Shown here one piece after another: positions 10,057 through 20,270 of a stretch of 64,000 bases of DNA. The stretch is from Candidatus Omnitrophota bacterium. Its GTDB lineage: Bacteria; Omnitrophota; Omnitrophia; Omnitrophales; Aquincolibacteriaceae. The notes beneath the pieces are model-generated. The model worked only from the letters and a program-made list of their open reading frames with translations. It ran no database searches and was not told the origin of the DNA. The stretch lies in assembly GCA_043732705.1 (NCBI GenBank), contig JAYTHE010000032.1, positions 66,005 through 130,004 on the forward strand, in the 5' to 3' direction. The translations under genes were made by a program, and so were the position numbers. Within the stretch, counting starts at the first letter, position 1. Every line of letters starts with the position of its first letter.

Positions 10057-11299
10057 GCAATTAAAAAAAGGCGACCCCGCGATTTATGAATGCGTGCGCA
10101 ATGAAATGCGTCGGCAAAATCAGGGGATTGAGCTGATCGCCAGCGAGAATTTCACCTCGCTTGCCGTGATGGAAGCGATGGGTTCGGTGCTGACCAATAA
10201 ATATGCCGAAGGTTATCCCGGAAAACGCTGGTATGGCGGCTGCGAATATGTCGATGTGGTTGAACAGCTAGCGATTGACCGGGCTAAAAAGCTTTTCGGC
10301 GCGGAGCATGCGAATGTTCAGCCGCATAGCGGTGCTTCCGCGAATACGGCGGTCTTTATGGCGGTTTTAAATCCCGGTGATAAAATTCTCGGGATGAATT
10401 TATCGCATGGCGGACATTTGACGCATGGGCATCCGATGAATTTTTCGGGTAAGTTCTATCAAATTATTCCTTATGGCGTGAGCAAAGAAACCGAAACGAT
10501 TAATTATGACGAACTCGACGCTTTAGCGCGCGAGCACAAGCCTAAACTCATTTTGATGGGCGCTTCGGCCTATTCACGGCAGATTGATTTTGCGCGTGCG
10601 AGAAAAATCGCAGATGAGGTTGGGGCGTTAGTGATGGTCGATATGGCGCATTTCGCGGGATTGGTCGCGGTTGGCGCGCATCCTAATCCGGTTCCGTATG
10701 CTGACATTGTGACAACGACAACGCATAAAACTTTGCGCGGACCGCGCGGCGGCTTAATTCTTTGCAAAGAAAAATATGCCAAGGCTATTGATTCAGCGGT
10801 GTTTCCCGGAGTCCAAGGCGGACCTTTGATGCATGTGATTGCGGGCAAAGCCGTTTGTTTTCATGAAGCACTGCAGCCTTCGTTTAAAGATTACGGATTG
10901 CAAGTTGTCAAAAATGCGAAAGCGCTTTGCGAAGCGATGAAAGCTAAAGGCTGGCGCATCGTATCCGGCGGAACGGACAATCATTTAATGCTTGTTGACG
11001 TAAAATCAAAAGGTTTTAACGGCAAGCAGGTCCAGGAAGCTTTGGACGTGGTGCATATCACGGCAAATAAAAATACGATTCCGTTTGATGCGGAGTCGCC
11101 GTTCAAAGGTTCGGGTATTCGTCTCGGAACACCCGCGGTAACAACGCGCGGTTTAAAAGAGCCCGAAATGAAACTGATCGCAGGCTGGATTGATGACACG
11201 ATGAAAAATCTTGATAACGAAAGCGAACTTTCCAAAATTCGCGCCCAGGTGTTGGATTTAATGGCAAAGTTTCCGCTTTATCCGGAGATTAACGGCTGA
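10031..11299 (+). CDS. glyA: serine hydroxymethyltransferase
   Basis: [11 protein letters not shown]...; PLP-lysine region [13 protein letters not shown]. Confidence 0.9.
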   Translation: MKTNTSLLEQLKKGDPAIYECVRNEMRRQNQGIELIASENFTSLAVMEAMGSVLTNKYAEGYPGKRWYGGCEYVDVVEQLAIDRAKKLFGAEHANVQPHSGASANTAVFMAVLNPGDKILGMNLSHGGHLTHGHPMNFSGKFYQIIPYGVSKETETINYDELDALAREHKPKLILMGASAYSRQIDFARARKIADEVGALVMVDMAHFAGLVAVGAHPNPVPYADIVTTTTHKTLRGPRGGLILCKEKYAKAIDSAVFPGVQGGPLMHVIAGKAVCFHEALQPSFKDYGLQVVKNAKALCEAMKAKGWRIVSGGTDNHLMLVDVKSKGFNGKQVQEALDVVHITANKNTIPFDAESPFKGSGIRLGTPAVTTRGLKEPEMKLIAGWIDDTMKNLDNESELSKIRAQVLDLMAKFPLYPEING

Positions 11300-11760
11300 T
11301 GCTTTGCCCCTATTGTAAAGTTGATAACGATAAAGTTCTCGATTCACGCTCGGTCAGCGATGGGGTGGTGATTCGCCGCCGCCGCGAATGTATCGGCTGC
11401 GGCCGACGTTTTACGACTTATGAGCGGATCGAGGAAATGCCGCTTTTCGTGATTAAGAAGGACCAGCGGCGTGAACCTTATGACCGTATTAAAGCCTTGG
11501 CGGGCGTGTATAAAGCCTGCGAGAAAAGGCCTGTGCCGCTTTCGGTGCAAGATGAAGTAGCTGAAGAGCTTGAGAAAATGATCCGAGATAAGTATGACAA
11601 GGAAATTCCCGCGAAAATGATCGGAGAATTTATTATGCGCAAACTCGCAAAAATTGATCAAATTGCGTATGTCCGGTTTGCGAGCGTTTACCGTGAATTT
11701 CAAGACGTCAGTCATTTTATGGATGAACTCAAGGGACTTTTAGATAAGTCTAAAAAATAG
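11299..11760 (+). CDS. nrdR: transcriptional repressor NrdR
   Basis: MLCPYCK...CIGCGRRFTTYERIE zinc ribbon plus ATP-cone. Confidence 0.9.
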   Translation: MLCPYCKVDNDKVLDSRSVSDGVVIRRRRECIGCGRRFTTYERIEEMPLFVIKKDQRREPYDRIKALAGVYKACEKRPVPLSVQDEVAEELEKMIRDKYDKEIPAKMIGEFIMRKLAKIDQIAYVRFASVYREFQDVSHFMDELKGLLDKSKK

Positions 11761-11933
11761 TCCTTAATACTGTGCTTGAAGGGGGGTCGGCGTTATGGTA
11801 TAAAAATGCCGACTTGTAGAGGGTTGAATTGCGTTAAACTGTTTTTTTAATTAACTCGGTAACAGCGCTGAGTTTTGGAATTCAAATTATTTGAATCCTA
11901 ATGAAGCACTTGTAACCACAAAAGGAGAATATC

Positions 11934-12188
11934 ATGGCGAAAGCAAATTCCGCGTTTATGAAACCGTTGACAGTGAGCGATAGTCTTGCCGCTGTTGTGG
12001 GGAAAGGTCCGATGCCGCGCAGTGAAGTTGTGAAGAAGATCTGGGTTTACATCAAGAAGAATAAGCTTCAGGACGACAAGAACAAACGTAATATCAATGC
12101 TGATGCAGCATTGAAAGTTGTTTTTGGCGGAAAAGCCGTCGTCAATATGTTTGAGATGACTAAGCTTGTTTCCAAGCACCTCTCGTAA
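11934..12188 (+). CDS. SWIB/MDM2-domain protein
   Basis: PRSEVVKKIWVYIKKNKLQD...NMFEMTKLVSKHL matches the SWIB core. Confidence 0.7.
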   Translation: MAKANSAFMKPLTVSDSLAAVVGKGPMPRSEVVKKIWVYIKKNKLQDDKNKRNINADAALKVVFGGKAVVNMFEMTKLVSKHLS

Positions 12189-12203
12189 TTTTTGATTCAA
12201 TCG

Positions 12204-12246
12204 GGCGGGAGTTAAACGCTCCCGCCCGTATCAATTTGTTTTTATT
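12204..12246 (+). terminator. rho-independent terminator
   Basis: gggcgggag-ttaaacg-ctcccgccc stem-loop followed by a T-rich tail. Confidence 0.6.
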
Positions 12247-12963
12247 ATGGTTGTAAGATTTTTTATAGTAGCGGGTTTTATCTTAGCGCTTGTCGCCGCG
12301 GGCGGTTCATTTTCTATTTATCAATCCTACCAAACGGAACGCGAACAACGTCTTGATGCCGAAAGCAAGTTTATGCAGGCGCAGGATTCCGCCGCCGCAA
12401 TTAAAGCCGACATGGAGCAACAAAAATCACGCGTGGTTGATTTAGAAGGCCAAGTCGAGTCCCTGAAGAAGGAAAGTCAAAATTTTAAAACTCAGCAAGC
12501 CGCAAAAGACACTGAAATTCAAAGTCTAAAAAATGATATCGCTTCAAAGTCTGAAGAGCTTCTGAAGTTAAAAGGGCAGCTGGAAACTTATAAGCAAAAG
12601 GAACGAATTCCTGCGGCTGTCGGCACGAATGTTTCAGGTCTTGCGGGAGCGGCTGCACCCTCTTCAACGACGCCTGTTTTAAAGCTGGAACCAAGCGGTG
12701 CTTCCGCAGTGATTCCAGCCGAAGCGCCGCCGTCCGATGACAGCCGTATTTTGACGGTTAACCGCAAGTTCAATTTTATTGTTGTGAATCTTGGATTGCG
12801 CGATGGTTTAAGAATGGGCGATAAAGTTCAGGTTGTTCAGGGCGGTAATCCAAAAGCTTCGGCGCAAATTGAAAAAATTTACGATAAATTTTCAGCGGCA
12901 ACGTTGCTTGATGAAGATAAAGGAAATCCTGTTCATGAAGGCGACTCTGTTCGTAAAGGTTAA
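12247..12963 (+). CDS. hypothetical membrane-anchored coiled-coil protein with Ala/Pro linker and C-terminal beta domain
   Basis: N-terminal TM, heptad-rich middle, no recognised catalytic motif. Confidence 0.45.
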   Translation: MVVRFFIVAGFILALVAAGGSFSIYQSYQTEREQRLDAESKFMQAQDSAAAIKADMEQQKSRVVDLEGQVESLKKESQNFKTQQAAKDTEIQSLKNDIASKSEELLKLKGQLETYKQKERIPAAVGTNVSGLAGAAAPSSTTPVLKLEPSGASAVIPAEAPPSDDSRILTVNRKFNFIVVNLGLRDGLRMGDKVQVVQGGNPKASAQIEKIYDKFSAATLLDEDKGNPVHEGDSVRKG

Positions 12964-13177
12964 TTTTCTTATTTGGGCCTGCCTATTGGCCTCATTTCTT
13001 TTCTTTTTCTCAGCTGCGTTTGCTGCGGGTGATTCCACTGGCGCGAGTTCTGATCAGCTGCTTCAAATCAATAAGAAGCTCGATGAGTCACAAAAGCGCG
13101 AAGAACGGATTCTTGCCAATCAGGAAAAAATTATCGCTGAAATTATAAAATCCCGTAAATGGGCATATAATAACTAA
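12935..13177 (+). CDS. hypothetical small secreted protein (signal peptide + coiled coil)
   Basis: MKATLFVKVNFLIWACLLASFLFFFSAAFAAG signal-like N-terminus; start uncertain. Confidence 0.3.
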   Translation: MKATLFVKVNFLIWACLLASFLFFFSAAFAAGDSTGASSDQLLQINKKLDESQKREERILANQEKIIAEIIKSRKWAYNN

Positions 13178-13183
13178 CTCCTC

Positions 13184-14476
13184 ATGTCCGACCTTGTTTT
13201 TGAGGGTTCCCGGCGTTTTTTGGGAACTTTGCAGCCCTCCGGTGATAAATCCGTTTCCCACCGCGCGCTTCTTTTTGGGGCGATTTCTTCCGGCGTGAGC
13301 CGTTATGAAGGCTTTCTCGCGTCCGAAGATTGTCTTTGCACCTTGCAAGCCCTCCGTGACTTAGGTGTTACCATCCGGCATGATCCCGCGAATCAAACCA
13401 TCGAAGTCCATGGCGTTGGAATGCATGGACTCAAACAGCCCGCAGTTGATCTCAATATGGGTAATTCCGGAACCGCGATGCGCTTGATGCTCGGCCTTTT
13501 AGCGGGACAAAAATTAAGCGCGACACTTTTTGGCGATGCTTCACTTTCTTCCAGGCCGATGCGTCGCGTAACCGATCCCTTGAAGCAGATGGGGGCGCAG
13601 ATCAAAGGCGGGGAAAAAGGTAATTTTGCGCCGCTTACAATTCAAGGCGGAAAACTAAAAGCGATCGAATTTCACAATAAGTTACGCAGCGCGCAACTAA
13701 AATCCGCGCTGCTGTTTGCCGGAATGTATGCTGACGGTGTAACAAAAATTATTGAAGATATCCCTTCCCGCGATCACACGGAAAGATTTTTAAATGCCGC
13801 AGGGGCGGTCTTTAAACAACAGGGCGGTATTTTGGAAATTCAAAAGACCGAATCTTTAAAAGCATTGTCAGGGCGCATCCCGGGCGATATTTCTTCCGCG
13901 GCTTTTTTTATCGTGGGCGCGAGTTTAACCCCAGGCTCCGACGTGACATTCCGCCATGTTGGTTTAAATCCGACACGTGTGGGTTTACTCAACGTTTTGA
14001 AACGCATGGGCGCTCATATTGAAGTGACGCAGGAAAGCGATATTCCCGAACCTATCGGAGCTATCCGCGTACGCGGCAGCAAACTAGCCGGAACCCGGAT
14101 TAAGCATGATGAAATTCCTGCGTTGATTGATGAGCTTCCAATTTTGATGGTAGCGATGTCGCTTGCGGAAGGTGAAAGCCTCGTTTCGGGAGCGGAAGAA
14201 TTACGGGTTAAAGAAACTGATCGAATTTTGGCGATGGTGACCAACCTTAAAAAAGCGGGTGCTGACATTGAGGAGCTAGTGGATGGCTGTATTGTTCGTG
14301 GTGTTGCATCTTTGAAGGGCGCGGAGATTGACAGTTTTGGGGATCATCGCGTGGCGATGAGTTTTGCGGTCGCAAGCTGTGCCGCGGCAGGCCCCATGCG
14401 CATTTTGAATACCGATTGCATCGCGACATCTTATCCAGATTTTACCCGCCATTTTAAGCTTTTAACCGCCGGTTGA
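13184..14476 (+). CDS. aroA: 3-phosphoshikimate 1-carboxyvinyltransferase (EPSP synthase)
   Basis: LQPSGDKSVSHRALLFGA...; full-length two-domain EPSPS. Confidence 0.9.
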   Translation: MSDLVFEGSRRFLGTLQPSGDKSVSHRALLFGAISSGVSRYEGFLASEDCLCTLQALRDLGVTIRHDPANQTIEVHGVGMHGLKQPAVDLNMGNSGTAMRLMLGLLAGQKLSATLFGDASLSSRPMRRVTDPLKQMGAQIKGGEKGNFAPLTIQGGKLKAIEFHNKLRSAQLKSALLFAGMYADGVTKIIEDIPSRDHTERFLNAAGAVFKQQGGILEIQKTESLKALSGRIPGDISSAAFFIVGASLTPGSDVTFRHVGLNPTRVGLLNVLKRMGAHIEVTQESDIPEPIGAIRVRGSKLAGTRIKHDEIPALIDELPILMVAMSLAEGESLVSGAEELRVKETDRILAMVTNLKKAGADIEELVDGCIVRGVASLKGAEIDSFGDHRVAMSFAVASCAAAGPMRILNTDCIATSYPDFTRHFKLLTAG

Positions 14477-14496
14477 GTCGAGCCATCCTGTTTCAT

Positions 14497-14525
14497 TTGA
14501 CAGGGTTAGGGGTGTTGCTTATACT
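14497..14525 (+). promoter_or_regulatory. sigma-70-type promoter TTGACA-17-TATACT upstream of mreB
   Basis: Exact -35 consensus, 17-nt spacer, near-consensus -10, ~40 nt before the mreB start. Confidence 0.55.
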
Positions 14526-14566
14526 AGCCCCCAATTTCAGACCCATTTTAAGCAAGTGATGGTGAC

Positions 14567-15625
14567 ATGTTTTTCATTGACCGAATTCTTAGTTTCTTTT
14601 CAAGCGATATCGGAATTGATCTTGGAACCGCCAATACTCTTGTGTATGTCAAGGGGCAGGGCGTAGTCCTTTGTGAACCCTCCGTCGTCGCCGTTGATAA
14701 AGTGACGGGACAAGTGCTTAAAGTCGGCGAAGAAGCGAAGCGTATGTTGGGCCGTACTCCCGGAAGTATTGTTGCTATCCGTCCGATGAAAGATGGCGTG
14801 ATTGCTGATTTTGATATTACCGAAGCTATGCTGCGCCATTTTATTCAAAAAGTTCACCGCAAAAATACTCTCATCAGTCCGCGCGTTGTCATTGCCGTAC
14901 CGAGTGGAATCACCGAAGTTGAAAAACGCGCCGTGAAAGATTCTGCGGAACGCGCCGGAGCCCGTTCGCCGGTTTATTTAGTTGAAGAACCGATTGCCGC
15001 TGCGATTGGTGTGGGCCTCCCGATTCAGGAGCCGACCGCAAGTATGATCGTGGACATCGGCGGCGGTACAACTGAAATCGCCGTGATTTCTTTGGGCGGA
15101 ATTGTTTTTTCAAAAAGTTTACGCGTCGGCGGTGATGAATTTGATGATGCCGTTATTTCCCACCTTAAAAAATCTTACAATCTTTTGATTGGTGAAAGAA
15201 CCGCGGAAGAAATTAAAATCCGTATCGGTTCCGCGTATCCGCTTGAAGAAGAAATGACGATGGATGTCAAAGGTCGCGATATTTTGGCCGGTCTTCCCAA
15301 GACAATTACAGTGACCAGCGAAGAAATTCGTGAAGCTCTTTCCGAGTCTCTTTCCGCGATTTTAGAAGGCGTGCGTATCGCGCTTGAACGTACTCCGCCG
15401 GAACTTTCTTCCGACTTAATCGATAAGGGTTTAATTTTAGCGGGCGGCGGTTCTTTGATTCGCGGGCTTGATAAGCTAGTAAGCGAAGAAACAGGTTTGC
15501 CAGTTCATATTGCAGATGATCCGTTAACTGCCGTTGCCCTCGGTACAGGCCGCTATTTGACCGATTTTAATTTGCTTAAGAGTTTGTCTGTGAATCGCGG
15601 CGGCGCGAGTGCCCGCGAATACTGA
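14567..15625 (+). CDS. mreB: rod shape-determining protein MreB
   Basis: [15 protein letters not shown]... actin-like ATPase. Confidence 0.9.
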   Translation: MFFIDRILSFFSSDIGIDLGTANTLVYVKGQGVVLCEPSVVAVDKVTGQVLKVGEEAKRMLGRTPGSIVAIRPMKDGVIADFDITEAMLRHFIQKVHRKNTLISPRVVIAVPSGITEVEKRAVKDSAERAGARSPVYLVEEPIAAAIGVGLPIQEPTASMIVDIGGGTTEIAVISLGGIVFSKSLRVGGDEFDDAVISHLKKSYNLLIGERTAEEIKIRIGSAYPLEEEMTMDVKGRDILAGLPKTITVTSEEIREALSESLSAILEGVRIALERTPPELSSDLIDKGLILAGGGSLIRGLDKLVSEETGLPVHIADDPLTAVALGTGRYLTDFNLLKSLSVNRGGASAREY

Positions 15626-15763
15626 TTAACGAGCGTCCGGTAAATTGGGAGATCATTTTGCCGGTGAAATTCCTCGAGAGTTACCCCGCCGATATTGATT
15701 CGATACGAGTTCTTATGACACGCCTAGTCTATTTACTATTGTCCTGCAAAATTTATTCGCGAT

Positions 15764-16561
15764 ATGTTTAAACGTTTTTTAGCCTTTGCCGCCGCGGCCT
15801 TCGTCCTAATTGCTTTTACTTTCCAATTTCCAAAAATCCGCAATGTCACGGGCGTATGGGCTCACTCCTTCTTCCGGCCTTTTTTAGAATCAACCAGCCT
15901 TGTCAGCGCTCAAGCGGGGCATGTGCGCAACCAGTTTTATAATTATTGGAACGCAATTGATAAGCAGCATGAACAAGAACAGGAAATCAATGAGCTTGAG
16001 TCAAGGCTTGTGCATTTTGATGAAGTTCTGGGAGAAAATAACCGTTTGAAACGCCTGCTTGATTTTCGTGATTCACTTTCGCAAAAAGCCGTCGGTGTCC
16101 GAATTATGGGGTATGGACTCAAACCCTGGAAAAAGTCTGTGTTGTTGAATAAGGGAAGCAGCCAAGGTATTAAGCCCTTGTCCGCTTTGGTTGTGCCTTC
16201 GGGACTTGTGGGGCGAATTGTAGATGTGGGTTTGCTTTCATCCCAGGCTATTTTTTTAACGGACCCCGAATCCCGCGTCACGGCGGTGACGCTCAATAGC
16301 CGCGCGCAAGGAATTGCGGAGGGAAATGGCGGCGACAAGCTCAAGCTGCGGTACCTGAATTTAGATGATGCGGTTCAAGTCGGCGAAATTGTGGTTACTT
16401 CCGGTCTCAGCGATATTTACCCAAAAGGTTTGCGGGTCGGCCGGATTGAGTCTGTTGAGCGCGATCCGGATGGTTTGCATTTGTCGGCGACGGTTCGTCC
16501 GGCTGTAAAATTTTCAAGAATTGAGGAAATGCTGTGTTTGGAACCCTCCGATTTAAAATAG
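15764..16561 (+). CDS. mreC: rod shape-determining protein MreC
   Basis: N-terminal TM/coiled coil; C-terminal VGRIVDV...VVTSGLSDIYPKGLRVGRI beta domain. Confidence 0.85.
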   Translation: MFKRFLAFAAAAFVLIAFTFQFPKIRNVTGVWAHSFFRPFLESTSLVSAQAGHVRNQFYNYWNAIDKQHEQEQEINELESRLVHFDEVLGENNRLKRLLDFRDSLSQKAVGVRIMGYGLKPWKKSVLLNKGSSQGIKPLSALVVPSGLVGRIVDVGLLSSQAIFLTDPESRVTAVTLNSRAQGIAEGNGGDKLKLRYLNLDDAVQVGEIVVTSGLSDIYPKGLRVGRIESVERDPDGLHLSATVRPAVKFSRIEEMLCLEPSDLK

Positions 16562-17055
16562 TTCTCCTTTCGCTTGGACTGTTAATTTTTGACTGCTGCA
16601 TTGCGCCGGTCATTGAAGTATCAGGCGCGCGGCCGGTCTTTTCATTTTTATTGATCGCCTATGCCGCATTCCACTGGGATTCCCATCGAATTTTGCCGCT
16701 GGCCGCTTTTCTTGGTTTAGCGCGAGATATCTTGGGGGGGGGGATTTTGGGCGTTGAAATGTTGGCGCTTGTTTGTGGCGGGTTTGTGTTTGATGCGGTC
16801 GCGCATAAAATCGAACGGGAATTTCCTGGAATTTATTTTTTATTGACCGTGATCTTTTGCTTTTTTGTTCTTTCCGGAGAAATAGTTTTGGACTCCATTT
16901 TGGGCAGAGTCTCATTGGTGGGCTGGGAACACCTGCGCGTTATTTTTATGAGCTCCGTTTATACCGGATTATTTTTGCCGCTCTTTTATCAAATCGCGGA
17001 TTTTCTTTTTAAGCCGCATTCGGAACTACGACAGTATGATCTTTTCAGAGCTTGA
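16534..17055 (+). CDS. mreD: rod shape-determining protein MreD
   Basis: Polytopic small membrane protein directly after mreC; contains a G10 homopolymer. Confidence 0.7.
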   Translation: MFGTLRFKIVLLSLGLLIFDCCIAPVIEVSGARPVFSFLLIAYAAFHWDSHRILPLAAFLGLARDILGGGILGVEMLALVCGGFVFDAVAHKIEREFPGIYFLLTVIFCFFVLSGEIVLDSILGRVSLVGWEHLRVIFMSSVYTGLFLPLFYQIADFLFKPHSELRQYDLFRA

Positions 17056-17073
17056 TCCGAATCGGATACCGTT

Positions 17074-18789
17074 GTGATCGGCAGGCATCATCTTTTTCAG
17101 ACGACGATTCTCAGCTTAATCGCTGTTTTAACCGGCGGCCTTTTTTATATGCAGGTCATACGTGGCGATGAATTCGCTCAAATGAGCGAAAGAAATTATA
17201 TTCGTCTCATTCCGCTTGAAGCGCCGCGCGGCCGTGTTTTTGACGCTCAGGGGCGACTGCTGGCCGCCAACCGGCCCTCTTTTGATGTGGTTGCAATTCC
17301 TGAAGACGTGCGGGCCACAACTTTTGCTCAGCTCGCGCCTTTGCTCGGAATGACGCCGCTGGAAGTGCGCAAGCGTTTGGCCGAGAAACGGGAATATAAT
17401 TTCGCGCCCGCGGTTATTGCCGAGGATGTTTCTCAGGAGCTTGCCTATAAAATTGAAGAACATCGTCCCGAATTGCCGGGAGTTTCCATTCGCGTTTCCG
17501 GAATTCGTTATTACCCTTACGGAAAAACAGCTTCGCATATCATCGGCTATATCGGAAAAATCAGTCCCACAGAATATGAAAAATCTGACCGCGGGCGGTT
17601 TGGAATGAATTCCATGGTCGGGCGCGCGGGCTTGGAGCGGTCCTATGATGAAGATCTACGCGGCTGGCGCGGCGGAAAAACAATCCAGGTCAATTCTGCC
17701 GGGCGGCTTGTGAAAGTTATTTCGGCGCGCAACCCGGAACCTGGAAAAGACGTGCATTTGACGATTGATTTGGAATTCCAAAAAAAGATTATGCAGATGA
17801 TTGAAGGCAAGACTGCGACGGTGGCGGTGATTGATTTGGAAACCGAAGGTTTGTTGGCCCTCGCAAGTACGCCGGCGTATGACCCCAATGTTTTTGTCAG
17901 CCCGGTGCGCAGCGATGAAAGAACCGAGCTTTTGACCAGCACGCATTCGCCGTTGCTGGATCGAGCGATGAATTCAGCTTATCCTCCCGGTTCGATTTTT
18001 AAACTTGTTACGGGCCTTTCAGGCCTCGAAACGGGAGCTATCCAGCCGGGAAGCCGGTTTTATTGCGGAGGACAGTTTTTTACAAGTCCAAAAGCGCGGC
18101 CCATGAAATGCTGGTGGCATACAGGCCATGGCAGTATTAATTTATATGAAGCGCTTGAACGCTCATGCAATGTTTACTTCTATAATGTGGCGCGCAAAGT
18201 GGGACCAGAGCAAATTGCTTACCACGCGCGTTTGTTTGGTTTTGGCGCGCCATATTCATTGGAAACCGGCCAGGTTACGGCGGGGCTGATTCCTGACCCG
18301 CAGTGGAAAATGAAAAAAATGCATGAAAAATGGTATGAAGGCGAAACGTTGAATATGGGAATCGGCCAAGGTTATGTTCAAGCCAATCCGCTGCAAATCC
18401 TACGCATGACTTCGATGATCGCAAAAGACGGAGAAATCGTTGAGCCGCATCTTGTAAAAAAAGAAAAGGATCCCATGGCGCGCAAGCCGCGTTTGCCGGT
18501 AAAGCGTGAAAACCTTGCCGCTCTGCGCAAGGGCATGTTTCAAGTGGTTCAATCACCTTATGGCACAGGACAATTAGCGCGTGTCGATTATGCCAGGCTC
18601 GCGGGTAAAACAGGCACGGCTCAAAATCCGCCGCATGAACCCCATAGTTGGATGACCGGTTTTCTGCCATTTAATAAGCCCAAGCTTGCGCTCGTTGTTT
18701 TTGTTGAAAATGGGGGATCGGGCGGTATTACCAGCGGGAAAATTGTTAAGCAGGTTCTTATGGCCGCGAAGGAGCAAAACCTTGTTTAA
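17074..18789 (+). CDS. mrdA: penicillin-binding protein 2 (peptidoglycan D,D-transpeptidase)
   Basis: SIFK (SxxK), SCN and KTG motifs. Confidence 0.85.
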   Translation: MIGRHHLFQTTILSLIAVLTGGLFYMQVIRGDEFAQMSERNYIRLIPLEAPRGRVFDAQGRLLAANRPSFDVVAIPEDVRATTFAQLAPLLGMTPLEVRKRLAEKREYNFAPAVIAEDVSQELAYKIEEHRPELPGVSIRVSGIRYYPYGKTASHIIGYIGKISPTEYEKSDRGRFGMNSMVGRAGLERSYDEDLRGWRGGKTIQVNSAGRLVKVISARNPEPGKDVHLTIDLEFQKKIMQMIEGKTATVAVIDLETEGLLALASTPAYDPNVFVSPVRSDERTELLTSTHSPLLDRAMNSAYPPGSIFKLVTGLSGLETGAIQPGSRFYCGGQFFTSPKARPMKCWWHTGHGSINLYEALERSCNVYFYNVARKVGPEQIAYHARLFGFGAPYSLETGQVTAGLIPDPQWKMKKMHEKWYEGETLNMGIGQGYVQANPLQILRMTSMIAKDGEIVEPHLVKKEKDPMARKPRLPVKRENLAALRKGMFQVVQSPYGTGQLARVDYARLAGKTGTAQNPPHEPHSWMTGFLPFNKPKLALVVFVENGGSGGITSGKIVKQVLMAAKEQNLV

Positions 18790-19861
18790 ACTTTTTCGCA
18801 GGATTCACTTCTCGATGCTTTTTGCGATGCTGGGGCTTTCTGTTCTAGGCGTGCTTTTTATTTTCAGCGCATCTTATGACCAGCCCGGATATTTTGAGCT
18901 CAAGCAATGTGTTTGGATCGCGGCCGGAATCGCGGTTTATTTTATGACCGCCTCAGCAGGTTACCGCACTTTTCTGAGCCTGTCTTATTTGCTTTATGTT
19001 GTATCCGTTATTTTGTTGGTGGCAGTAGCGTTATTTGGACAAAAAGTTTATGGGGCGCAGCGATGGCTGACTCTGGGGCCGCTTGTCGTTCAGCCATCTG
19101 AGTTCGCAAAAATTTTTACGCTTGTCGCGGTTGTTAAGTATGTCGGGAATTACGACCCGAGAAATAATCAGTTCAAAGCTATCGGCGGGGCGACTGCGAT
19201 TGTCATACTGCCATTTTTATTTATTTTAAAACAACCCGATTTAGGCAGTGCTTTGTTGTTTATTCCAATGTTGCTTGCGGTTCTTTTTTTATGGGGGATT
19301 CGCATTCGGTATCTCATTTTAACAATTACTTCCGCGCTGATTGCCATGCCGATCGCGTGGAATTTTTTGAAGCCCTATCAGAAAAAACGTTTACTTGTTT
19401 TTATCGATCCCAACGCGGATCCGCTCGGTTCAGGCTACACCGCTCTTCAATCTAAGATTGCGGTCGGCTCGGGAGGATTATTTGGAAAAGGTTATTTGCT
19501 CGGCACACAAACCCAGCTTAATTTTGTACCTGAGCATCATACGGATTTTATTTTCAGTGTCGTGGGGGAGGAATGGGGGTTCATCGGCTCCTTGGCGGTA
19601 ATTTGTTTGTATGTTTTGCTTTTTATCGCTCTTTTCAGAATATGTGATCAGACCACGGACCCCAAGGCAAAAATGCTGGTGAGCGGCGTATCCGCGCTCA
19701 TTTTTGCCCAAGTTTTTATCAATATCGGAATGACATTTGGCTGGATGCCCATCACCGGATTGACATTGCCCTTCGTGAGTTATGGGGGGTCGTCCTATAT
19801 TTTAATGTGCTTTTGCTTGGCGTTAGCTTTGAGCGTTCACAGGGAACGATCCATATTTTAA
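18782..19861 (+). CDS. rodA: peptidoglycan glycosyltransferase RodA (SEDS family)
   Basis: FtsW/RodA/SpoVE topology; probable TTG start overlapping the mrdA stop. An ATG at 18710 or 18815 is possible instead. Confidence 0.8.
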   Translation: MFKLFRRIHFSMLFAMLGLSVLGVLFIFSASYDQPGYFELKQCVWIAAGIAVYFMTASAGYRTFLSLSYLLYVVSVILLVAVALFGQKVYGAQRWLTLGPLVVQPSEFAKIFTLVAVVKYVGNYDPRNNQFKAIGGATAIVILPFLFILKQPDLGSALLFIPMLLAVLFLWGIRIRYLILTITSALIAMPIAWNFLKPYQKKRLLVFIDPNADPLGSGYTALQSKIAVGSGGLFGKGYLLGTQTQLNFVPEHHTDFIFSVVGEEWGFIGSLAVICLYVLLFIALFRICDQTTDPKAKMLVSGVSALIFAQVFINIGMTFGWMPITGLTLPFVSYGGSSYILMCFCLALALSVHRERSIF

Positions 19862-19916
19862 CTAGTTATTGATAGCTTCTTTCGAGCCAAATAGATAGAA
19901 TTCCTCGTTTCAATTT

Positions 19917-19991
19917 TCGGGGTGTAGCTCAGCTTGGCTAGAGCGCTTGCTTTGGGAGCAAGATGTCGTAGGTTCAAATCCTGCCATCCCG
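19917..19991 (+). tRNA. tRNA-Pro (anticodon UGG)
   Basis: Cloverleaf CGGGGTG/CATCCCG acceptor, GCTC..GAGC D-arm, anticodon loop TTTGGGA, T-loop TTCAAAT; CCA not encoded. Confidence 0.9.
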
Positions 19992-20029
19992 ATACTAAAA
20001 GACCGAGATTCATTCTCGGTCTTTTAGTA
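19991..20029 (+). terminator. hairpin/terminator downstream of tRNA-Pro
   Basis: atactaaaagaccgag-attcatt-ctcggtcttttagtat, 16-bp stem. Confidence 0.5.
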
Positions 20030-20181
20030 TTTGAGCTCAGGATTTGAAGGGAGCTTCGCAATTTATAAAGCTGAACGGCTCAAAAAACTGACTTAATGTC
20101 AGATTTTTGAAAAGTGAAGACGGCGCGAAGCGGGAGGCGACTCAAAGCGAATGCCGCGGCTAGCGGACATAAGCGAAGAGC

Positions 20182-20201
20182 GTCAAATCCTGCCAACCCG
20201 A
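20182..20201 (+). repeat. partial direct duplicate of the tRNA-Pro 3' end (att-like)
   Basis: gtcaaatcctgccaacccga vs tRNA gttcaaatcctgccatcccga, 19/21 identical; an inverted T-loop fragment caggatttgaagg lies at 20037-20049. Confidence 0.5.
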
Positions 20202-20229
20202 TTTTTATGATCCTCAGGATCATAAAAAT
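20201..20229. repeat. 29-nt near-perfect palindrome
   Basis: atttttatgatcc-tca-ggatcataaaaat. Confidence 0.6.
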
Positions 20230-20241
20230 CTTCGATCAGTT

Positions 20242-20270
20242 ATATTTTGCTCTGGGCTTCGCCCAACCGC
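20242..20270 (+). repeat. intergenic motif family copy 5
   Basis: tattttgctctgGGGCttcGCCCaaccgc. Confidence 0.6.
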
